The position numbers and the translations under genes were made by a program. The notes under the pieces were generated by a model. The model was not told the origin of the DNA. It did no database searches and saw only the letters and a list, made by a program, of their open reading frames with translations. Shown one piece after another: positions 55,835 through 64,000 of a stretch of DNA of 64,000 nucleotides; positions within the stretch are counted from its first letter, which is position 1, and each line of letters opens with the position of its first letter. Source of the stretch: a virus (Duplodnaviria; Caudoviricetes); IMG/VR virus record IMGVR_UViG_3300047539_000078, positions 1 through 64,000 of that record. One strand, given 5' to 3'.

Positions 55835-56576
55835 GTGAAAAAACTACAGCTCATCTCCGACCTTCACTCTGAATTCTATCGGGGGAAGGAAGAACAGCTC
55901 ATCGACGGCCTGCCTATCGCCGAGAAGCTGGACTTCCTCGTGGTCGCGGGCGATACCGTCGTCTTCGGGAGCCAGCCCGAGTACATCGTGGATGTCATTT
56001 TCTCCAAGATTTCCCGGATGGCCGAACGACATCCTGTTGGTCACCGGCAATCACGAATACTACAACTCCTCCAAAGTATTCGCGGAGGATGCACTGTCCA
56101 AAGCCCTTCGAAACTACCGCAACATCACATGGCTGGACAACGAGGGCCTCATACTCAACGGCGTGCGCTTCTACGGCGGCACGATGTGGTATTCCGCCGG
56201 GGACGGGCTGAACCAAATCTACGAACATCACATCAACGATTACAGCTTGATCCGCGATTTCAATTGGGCGGAGAAGGAAAACGCCGTGTTCACCGCCAAC
56301 GCGCTGCGTTTCGTCGATTCGAGCACGGTCGTCATCTCGCATCACATGCCTCATCCGGCATGCATATCTCCGAAGTATCGAAATTCCAATATCAATCGGT
56401 TTTTTACGTCGGATCAGACGGAAGTCATCACTTCCAAGCGTCCCCGCCTGTGGTTTGCCGGTCATACGCATGACAGAAGCGATACAACCGTTGAGGACAC
56501 CAGAATCATAATAAACCCGCTAGGGTACCCGGGTGAGAACCCGGGGCCATATCCGCAGGTCATCCTGGAGGTGTGA
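55835..56576 (+). CDS. Metallophosphoesterase, frameshift near 56025
   Basis: SDLH and VAGD in frame 1; GNHEYY, SHH.P, GHTH, NPLGY in frame 2. Confidence 0.85.
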
Positions 56577-56887
56577 TGAGACACCAACATGAGATACCGC
56601 CCTACAACGGGGAATCCGGGGAAACCATCGAGATGATGGTGCGGCTGCTCCTCGTCAACACCATAAACGAATGCGTGGGTCACCCCGTCATGGAAGTGAC
56701 GCGGTGGCAGATGGAGGTCATCGCAAAGAACCACTTAGAGCATTTGAAGTGTCTCGGATTCATTGACGACGGAAGTCAAAGCGAGGTCAGTGCCAGCCTC
56801 GACGGCATCCAATGCTCGGCTGCGATAATCGCGAAGTTCCTCATACCCGGCGAGATTGCATATCGGGAAGTGACCGTGCCGTGGTAG
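56573..56887 (+). CDS. Hypothetical protein
   Basis: GGAGG RBS, coupled to the upstream stop. Confidence 0.55.
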   Translation: MMRHQHEIPPYNGESGETIEMMVRLLLVNTINECVGHPVMEVTRWQMEVIAKNHLEHLKCLGFIDDGSQSEVSASLDGIQCSAAIIAKFLIPGEIAYREVTVPW

Positions 56888-57118
56888 ACATCATCGCGGG
56901 ATGGGAGCGCAGAGACGGCATCTGGAACGGACCCTTCCCATTTGAAGGTTATGATAACTCAGTTCGGATGTGCGCTAATTGCGGAGCACATATACGCGAG
57001 TGCATGGGCTCGGTGAAGGTAGGCGACATCATGCCATCAATGGAAGGTAAACCGCTCACGAGATTTCCGCGAGAGTTGTGCTTCTGGTGCGCTACGCTGC
57101 GTTGTCACTGGGACGAAC

Positions 57119-57754
57119 ATGGAAACCTCATCCGAATCTAGCGCCGTCGATCCCGCAGCCATCCCTGAGAAGATGAGCCGTCCCCAGCTTGAGTGGTGGA
57201 TTCTCTTCACCATCGCCGTGGCCGGTAAGGGTGCCAAGCAGACCGAGAAGAAGATGCGGGCCTTCTTCGATTCGATCAAGATTTACGGATTCGACGATTT
57301 CCACGTCTGCGATACGAAGAGCCCGTTTGCTTTGGTCGAGTACCTCGTCCTCACGGACAAGCTCGACGACGCTTTGCGGCAGGTCAAGCTCGGAAAGTAT
57401 AAGCTCCTTGACAAAGGCTTCCGCGCTGCCATCAAGCTGGACCTCGACCTTCTCGAACGCTCCAAACCCTTGGACGCCCTCAAGACATTGTCCGCCATCC
57501 CCGGACTCGGACCCAAGGGCTCACGCATGATTTGCATGTACGCCTTTCCGGAACATGCCGACTACTGGGTCGTGTTGGACACGCACGTCCTGCGTTGGCT
57601 TCGCGAACAGGGCTTCGCCGCCCCCAAATCCACCCCGCCCGAGGGTCCGACCTACAAGCAGCTTGAACTGGACTTCAAGCTTCTCGCCAAGTCCCGTAAC
57701 CTCACGACTCGACAACTAGATACGGAAATATGGCTGAAGTACTCCCGCAAGTAG
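57119..57754 (+). CDS. HhH-family DNA glycosylase/lyase-like protein (Ogg-like)
   Basis: IPGLGPKG (helix-hairpin-helix), VLDTHVLRWL, Y..LE..F, LD..IW. Confidence 0.8.
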   Translation: METSSESSAVDPAAIPEKMSRPQLEWWILFTIAVAGKGAKQTEKKMRAFFDSIKIYGFDDFHVCDTKSPFALVEYLVLTDKLDDALRQVKLGKYKLLDKGFRAAIKLDLDLLERSKPLDALKTLSAIPGLGPKGSRMICMYAFPEHADYWVVLDTHVLRWLREQGFAAPKSTPPEGPTYKQLELDFKLLAKSRNLTTRQLDTEIWLKYSRK

Positions 57755-57783
57755 ACTTTCTTTCCCCTAGTTAGGGGAGAGAC

Positions 57784-58047
57784 ATGCCGATTCGGTTCAA
57801 ATTCCGCAGCGCACTTCTGAAGCAGGGGTATGGCATGGATACGAGCGGTGCCATCCAGGAGCAATCCGGCTCTGCGGCCAACCAGAAGAACATCCAGGAA
57901 TCGAACGGTTCGCAGCCGCAGGACGGGCACTCGTCCAACCCGGTCAACGGACCCAACTCGATGAGCGACTCCGAGGCATTTGAGGAATTTCCCGAAATCA
58001 ACCGTCCAAGCAAGATTCGGTTTCTCCCACCAAGAGGTCTGAAATAA
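57784..58047 (+). CDS. Hypothetical low-complexity protein
   Basis: GGGGAG RBS; S/Q/N-rich. Confidence 0.5.
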   Translation: MPIRFKFRSALLKQGYGMDTSGAIQEQSGSAANQKNIQESNGSQPQDGHSSNPVNGPNSMSDSEAFEEFPEINRPSKIRFLPPRGLK

Positions 58048-59968
58048 ATGCTGAAAGCAGTCGTATTCGACACAACTACGAATCTGATGGACGTATCGGA
58101 CGCAACCAATCCCGGCGTTGGTTTGGCCCTCAATCGTAATCACCGCAGGCGCGACGCATCGGCGTCGGCCAGATGATCGGCGTCGTCGATGCGTCCGGCA
58201 CGGCCTCCGCCGTCCTGGCGAGCGCCGCGACCTACGTCGGCGGCACGGTGGTGACACCGATTCCCGCACTATAGGCTTTATTCTTGACAGCTACACGCCT
58301 ACGCAGGCGGCGACGATCTTCACGGCTGGCATTTTTTCGGCGGCGGTTTCCGGTGCCACGATTGCCAACGTCGGCGATCAGGTCTACTTGGCGCTTGCAT
58401 CCCCCGGAAACATCTCGGTGAATCCCCCGGCACCGTCCAACTCATGGTACGCCACGACCCTGTACACGCTCGGGGCGACCATCCTCGACACGAACGCCAA
58501 CTGGCAGGTCGTCACGGGCGGCGGTACTACGGGCGGCACCGAACCCACGGTCTGGTCTACCAGCGGCGGCACCACGTCGGACAGCGGCGTCACATGGACG
58601 AACATCCCCACTCCCCTTGAGCAGGTCGTCGGGACGATCCTCAACCTGGTGGGCGGGCTGTGCATCATCTCGTTCCATCCGTTCGCCAACGTCGGTGACG
58701 TGTCGAGCGTCGGTCTCGCGGCACCAGCGGATTTCTCCGTCACAGGCTCCCCCGTAATCAGCATCGGCTCGCTGACGTTCGCATGGGCGAATCAAGCGGT
58801 CAACACTTTCAAGGCTGGTCCGTCTTCGGGCGGCAGCGGAGCCACGGTCTGGCGCAACATAGACCGCCGATTTGTTCTCCGCCCCCGCCACGGGTTCCGC
58901 ACTTGGTGCCATCACGTTGGCGAAGGACTTGGGCGGCACGGCGGCATTGCCAACCGTGATCGGAATACAGAGCGTCACCGTCAGCAGCACGCCTCCATCA
59001 ACGGGGCAAGTGCTGACCGCCACCAGCGCTACGGCTGCGAATTGGCAGACTCCAACCGGCGGCGGGGGCGGCGGCTCCTACAATGTTTTGAGCGGTGGCA
59101 CTGGCATCACAGTGTCGACACCTCGGCACTGGTAGGAAGCCCACCGACGGATACATTCACGGTTAAAATCACCAATACCGCCGTCACGGCGGGATCGTAC
59201 ACGAACGCGGACATCACTATCAATGCCCAAGGTCAGATAACCGCCGCATCCAACGGATCGAGCAGCGGCGGCGGAAGCGGCTCTTACAACGTCGTCGGCG
59301 GCACGGGTATCACGGTCACGAGCGCCGAAATCGGAAGCCCTGCGGTTGACACCTTCACGGTGAAGATTGCTAACACGGCTGTCACGGCTGGAAGCTACAC
59401 CAACTCAAACATCACCGTCAACGCCCAAGGTCAGGTCACAGCTGCGGCGAACGGCTCCGGTGGCGGTTCTGCGGCCACGTCGCTGATGATCTCCAACAGC
59501 ACGGGCAGCGGCAACACCACGAACACGGTATACTTCGCGGGAAACACCGGCGTTCGTTTCGACTACTTTGTCCTTCCATGCGCCGTCACCTTCTCCAACA
59601 TCACCGCCTATATTTCCCAAGGTGGTTTCGGCGGCAGCACATATGACATCGGCATCTACAGTTTGACCGGAACTTTGCTGTGCTCGACCGGGGGAACCGC
59701 GATTGCGAACGGTGCGGCTTGGAATGTCTTCGTCATGTCGGGACCGACCACGCTTCCCGCTGGCGGTTACTTCCTTGCGACCACGGGGCAGGATGCAACC
59801 CAGGTCATCATGGGGTTTGGCAACAATTATATTTCGCCGTTTGTGAACGGAATTGTGGGAAATACAATTATCGGTCACGTTTTGCCCGCTACGGCGACGG
59901 TGCCCGGCAGCTCCCTTACCGGCACGAACAATGCGACTGCCTACTATCCTCAGTTTTACCTGAGCTAA
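58048..59968 (+). CDS. Fibre/decoration-like virion protein, multiple frameshifts
   Basis: MLKAVVFD start; DUF2190-like domain with W..GGT.P..W...D.GVTW insert; KDLGGTA..PTV segment in another frame; 2 TAVTAGSYTN..IT.NAQGQ.TAA.NG repeats. Confidence 0.7.
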
Positions 59969-60181
59969 ATCCACCGTTTTGTGGTAATATAAATCATAGG
60001 AGACTAGTTTGTTTAGTTTACAGGAAGATCAAGACAACACCCGCATCAGCCGCCAAGCGGATGAAGATTGTTTGGCATATCATCTTGCCGACGATGAATA
60101 CAACCCAGCGGTGAAGTACCCGTGCATCCTTCAACTGGGCCATACGGGGCTTCACATAGACTACACCGGCTTCGAGTTCAA

Positions 60182-60845
60182 ATGAAACTCACGATTGATT
60201 CCCTTGGAGAACCGATACGGGGCTTTGAAGTGCTCCGCGATGAACTCATCGAAGCGGGGAAGAAGTTCGATGCCGAGACCTTGGCGTCACATCCCCTACG
60301 AAAAACTGGTTTGGTGCTGCCTCGGCCTTGCCGGAAAAGCCGCATGCGGTTTGAACCTCGTCCAAGAAGAGAAGCTGCTCCGGCGCTCCCGCTTTCTTTC
60401 CATGGCTGAGCCGGAAATGCAGGAAGTAAAGACTCTGCTCCAAATCGAGCAAATGGATTCGGATGTGGCACGGGAGCGCACCCGGCTCAGCGCACCGAAG
60501 TGGGAAGACATCCGTCTGCGGCAAAAGGCGTGGTTCAAACTCAACTGCATCGCCAACCATCTCGACAATGTATTCCCTCGGATGGCTGAAGTGACTGCCC
60601 TTCTCGGCCTAGTCCGTGATACCCGCGATTTGCCTCCAGATTTCACAAGCGTTCAGATCAAGAAAATCGACAACCTGACCATCCCCTACCCCGGAGTGAT
60701 GTCGGATTCCATCTTCCGCATACACATCGCATCGATCGCACTGGAGATAAAGAAGCTCATGCCGGAAGATGAGCAAAAGGTGTGCGAAGCGGAAGTCCTG
60801 TTCAATTACTCGTGCACATCGGATTGCTACCAACCGTTTCTATGA
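60182..60845 (+). CDS. Hypothetical protein, probable frameshift near the 5' end
   Basis: MKLTIDSLG in one frame, long body in ORF 60195..60845. Confidence 0.45.
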
Positions 60846-60905
60846 TGTTGAAAACACTTAGGTTAAACGGTGACCTTTTTGTTCCCGCCGTGGTATAATG
60901 CTGGT

Positions 60906-62654
60906 ATGGAAGCCACATCAAACTTGTTCCCGATAATCGGACAGGAAGAGACCCCAGCGGTCACGGGAACCTTCTATCAGGCTACCCAGCCCATCAAGCC
61001 GAGTATCCAGACCAACACCGACCCTGATATTCGCAAGCACTTCCCGTTCCCGACGATGCGGGACGCACAGGGGCAGGCGCTTGATTTGGTCGTTCGCTCC
61101 GCCCAAGAGAAGAAAAAGTTCACCCTGATCGAAGCTCCAACGGGCGTCGGCAAGTCCGGTATCGCAATAGCGACCGGCTCATGGGCGAAAACACAGCCGA
61201 TCACGCGGCCCCGCGACTCCCAAGGTTCCATCATTCTCTCAACGCAAAAGACTCTGACCGCACAGTACATGAAGGACTTCTCACAGGACGGTCTTGTTGA
61301 ACTCAAGGGTCGTGCAAACTACCAGTGCGCCACGCACGAAACCGATTGCGCTTCGGCGGCGGCGTTCCAGGACGAGAACGACAATTGCGCCAAGAATGGC
61401 GTCTGCCCCTACGCCAACGCCAAAGAGGTGTTCATGGGTTCCCCCGCAGGCGTGACTAACTTCTCCTACTTCCTAACAGAGACCATGTACGCGGGACGCC
61501 TGAAGCCCCGCAACTACCTCGTGCTCGATGAATGCCACAACGTCGAGAACCAGATTCTCGGATTTACCGACACAGAATTCACGAAGGAAAAAGCCGCAGA
61601 ACTCGGCATCACGCTCCCCATTTTCAAAGCGGGAGCCATCGGGAACACCGCCGCAGCCCTCAAGTGGTTCGAGGAAGTGGCCACCCCCAAGATGAACGAG
61701 TACATCGGCGACCTGGAAATGCAAATCGAGCAAGCGAAAAACGACGGAGAGCGCGAGGAAGCCGTGGAACTGGCGAAGCGCTTCCAGCGGTGGACGACGT
61801 TCAAGAAGCGCACGGACATGTTCCGTGAAACCGACCGCCCCGGAGACTGGATTGTTTACTCCGACGTGAACGAAAAGGGCTTCGGCACCAAGAACCTCAT
61901 CATCAAGCCTTTGACCGCCACGCTTTTCGCCGAAAGCATCATGTTCAAGAAGGCTGCGAACATCGTCATGATGTCCGCTACGATCCTGGACTTCAAGACG
62001 TTCATGCGCAACTTGGGAATCGACTCCTCGCAGGCGAACACGATGTCGATCCCGTCCGAGTTCCCCCTTGAGAATCGTCCGATATTCTTCAAGCCCGTGG
62101 GCAACATGTCCTCTAAAACCAAGAAGGATTCGTTGCCCCTGCTTGCGGCGTATACGGAGAAATTGCTTTCGCACCCTAAGTACGTGGGTGTCAAGGGCAT
62201 CATCCACACGCACAGCTACGATATCACGAAATACATGATGGAGTACCTTACATCGCGGGGCTTCGGCGACCGCCTGATTTCACACACGAACCTTCCCGGT
62301 AGCCGCGATGCAGCCGTCGCAAAGCACCTTGCGTCACCGCATGCCACGATTCTGGTCAGCCCGTCCATGACTGAGGGCCTAGACCTCAAGGAAGAACTGA
62401 GTCGGTTCCAGATCATCCTGAAAGTTCCGTACGCATACTTGGACCCGTACGTTAATGCCCGCATGGCCCGCGATTCCGCCTGGTACGCATGGCAGACGGC
62501 TCTCACACTTGTTCAGGCGACGGGACGCTCAGTGCGCTCTACGACCGACAAGGCGCACACTTGGATTTTGGACTCTGAATTTCAGAATTTCCTCCTCAGA
62601 AACGAGAGGATTTTCCCGAATTGGTGGCTAGACAGCATCCAATTTAAGGGGTAG
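60906..62654 (+). CDS. DinG/YoaA/XPD-family helicase
   Basis: PFP..R..Q, EAPTGVGKS, LKGRANY.C with Fe-S-type Cys (C..C..C..CPY), DECH, SAT, EGLD, KVPY, QATGRSVR. Confidence 0.92.
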   Translation: MEATSNLFPIIGQEETPAVTGTFYQATQPIKPSIQTNTDPDIRKHFPFPTMRDAQGQALDLVVRSAQEKKKFTLIEAPTGVGKSGIAIATGSWAKTQPITRPRDSQGSIILSTQKTLTAQYMKDFSQDGLVELKGRANYQCATHETDCASAAAFQDENDNCAKNGVCPYANAKEVFMGSPAGVTNFSYFLTETMYAGRLKPRNYLVLDECHNVENQILGFTDTEFTKEKAAELGITLPIFKAGAIGNTAAALKWFEEVATPKMNEYIGDLEMQIEQAKNDGEREEAVELAKRFQRWTTFKKRTDMFRETDRPGDWIVYSDVNEKGFGTKNLIIKPLTATLFAESIMFKKAANIVMMSATILDFKTFMRNLGIDSSQANTMSIPSEFPLENRPIFFKPVGNMSSKTKKDSLPLLAAYTEKLLSHPKYVGVKGIIHTHSYDITKYMMEYLTSRGFGDRLISHTNLPGSRDAAVAKHLASPHATILVSPSMTEGLDLKEELSRFQIILKVPYAYLDPYVNARMARDSAWYAWQTALTLVQATGRSVRSTTDKAHTWILDSEFQNFLLRNERIFPNWWLDSIQFKG

Positions 62655-62985
62655 ACTTTATGAACGACAAAAAAGTAACCTGGAGATTTTAAATGACTGA
62701 AAACCAGATAGAACTCGCCCGTCACGCTCTCGGGCTTCCGAACAGGAAAAGAGAGTGTCGTATACCGGAACTATTTTTTCGCCGGACCCGGGCACACGGA
62801 TTACCCGGAGTGGGTGGCGATGGTTGCGCAGGGCGATGCCGTTCGCAGAAGCGGCAGCAGATCTATCGGCGGTGACGACGTGTTCTATGTTACGGGCAAA
62901 GGCGCAAGAGCCGCGTTGCTCCCGAGAGAAAAACTGGCCGTTGAAGATTTCCCGCTTGAGAAGTAATACACTAGGAGAATCGTAC

Positions 62986-63273
62986 ATGAAGACCACCGTT
63001 GCAGTTGTAGCATTTTTGATGTTGTCAACCGTAGCATCCGCGCAAAATTCGGGGGGCGTGGGGATTTCTAAGCCCATAATGCACAGCCTGCCCGCCATCC
63101 CGCCAACGATTTTCAATGCCACGAGCGCCCACGGCGATGACAGCTATAGCCCAAGTCTGTTCATTAGCTGGGACGACGCCATCAGATATGTACCAGAACA
63201 AAAACCCGAGACTCTCGGAGATGCTGCACGGGCAAACCGGGAGCAAAAGAAGAAGGTCCATGCCGTTAACTAA
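62986..63273 (+). CDS. Secreted hypothetical protein
   Basis: AGGAG RBS; signal peptide MKTTVAVVAFLMLSTVASA. Confidence 0.6.
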   Translation: MKTTVAVVAFLMLSTVASAQNSGGVGISKPIMHSLPAIPPTIFNATSAHGDDSYSPSLFISWDDAIRYVPEQKPETLGDAARANREQKKKVHAVN

Positions 63274-63523
63274 GGTTGTATCCGATGCCATTTATCGAAG
63301 CCGCCTGAAGCGGATGAAGGAGGAGATCGAGGGGGATTACCCCGCATTCCTCATCTGGAGCGAGGCCCGCCTCATCGCGGCATGCCACAAGATGCCGTTG
63401 AGCTACCACGTATCCGGTTGGTGGGGGCGGTATCGCCCGTTCTTTTTGGATGCGGAGTGGTGGAAGTGGAAGATCACAGGGAAGTCCGACATCTACGAGC
63501 CACTTCCTCCTGACACAACCTGA
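63260..63523 (+). CDS. Hypothetical protein
   Basis: MPLTKVVSD..., overlaps upstream gene. Confidence 0.5.
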   Translation: MPLTKVVSDAIYRSRLKRMKEEIEGDYPAFLIWSEARLIAACHKMPLSYHVSGWWGRYRPFFLDAEWWKWKITGKSDIYEPLPPDTT

Positions 63524-63667
63524 CGGCTACACCCGCTTGTCAAATGCTATCTTAGGACCCAATCCTTGCCCTGACTGTCATTGTGACGCCAGAGTATTCG
63601 CCAAGGCGGGATGCGTCTGCTCCTGCCACGGCTGGGAAAGCATCGACTAAATCTAGTACTATAAGAC

Positions 63668-63973
63668 ATGAAGCTGAAGCGTTCTCGGTTCCCGAAGGCG
63701 AAAACCATCGCGCTCATGTCGGCATTGCTGGCTAAGATTCTGCCTGCGGACTATCCACCTACAACGGCTTGGCACGAATCGCAAGCGGGACACGCCGCGT
63801 TGCGGTTGCGCTCCGCCACGAGCGGCGTCGAGTGGACAATCGACATCTATAGTGAGAAGTATATGTGCATCCAGATTGGGAGCCATTTCTCGGAGGTCTG
63901 CAAAAGCGTCCCGTCCCTTGTCGGGTACTTTTGCCGGATGCTGGATACGGGGATTCGGATAAACCATGACTGA
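63668..63973 (+). CDS. Hypothetical protein, probably leaderless
   Basis: TACTAT ends 5 nt before ATG. Confidence 0.5.
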   Translation: MKLKRSRFPKAKTIALMSALLAKILPADYPPTTAWHESQAGHAALRLRSATSGVEWTIDIYSEKYMCIQIGSHFSEVCKSVPSLVGYFCRMLDTGIRINHD

Positions 63974-64000
63974 CACACCCGTAATTCGAATCGACACGCT

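Noticed and set aside
18316-60991. Diversity-generating retroelement TR/VR pair or CRISPR spacer as explanation for the 32-nt match
   Set aside because: No reverse transcriptase in the window, mismatches are not adenine-only, and no flanking direct repeats
111-63997. Many overlapping antisense and alternate-frame ORFs in the track
   Set aside because: They shadow well-supported genes in GC-rich DNA and show no motifs or translation signals

Overview
This 64 kb window looks like a fragment of a large tailed (probably contractile-tailed) bacteriophage genome. It starts with an untrimmed SMART/PacBio low-input amplification adapter (1-26) and has many single-base frameshifts, so it is probably a single long read or an unpolished contig. 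Layout: (i) 36-15.9 kb, minus strand: a tightly packed glycan-biosynthesis cluster with Gmd and Fcl, transaldolase/GmhA-like/HddA-like heptose-pathway enzymes, other sugar oxidoreductases, about 9 glycosyltransferases (including two GT11 alpha-1,2-fucosyltransferases) and methyltransferase-like genes. (ii) 15.9-37.1 kb, minus strand, directly upstream: tail, baseplate and fibre genes (repeat-rich fibre, spike, hub, SLT-fused tube-initiator-like protein, tape measure). (iii) 37.2-46.7 kb, plus strand: DnaB-like helicase, a DUF1376-type initiator with internal 11-bp iterons, a DnaC-like loader, a dATP/dGTP diphosphohydrolase and small genes. (iv) thyX and an intein-containing class II ribonucleotide reductase. 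(v) 51-54.5 kb: an RNA island of 10 tRNAs, nine of which read GNN codons, plus tRNA-like elements, about 10 distinct structured non-coding spacers and a free-standing PD-(D/E)XK endonuclease. (vi) Phosphoesterases, an HhH glycosylase, a second fibre-like gene and a DinG-family helicase. The best candidates for undescribed biology are a phage-encoded virion glycosylation system with a recurrent GSP motif as possible acceptor, a tRNA-punctuated array of unknown structured RNAs, and a fibre repeat unit copied (30/32 nt) into the N-terminus of the DinG helicase. All family calls come from motif recognition by eye; no searches were run.
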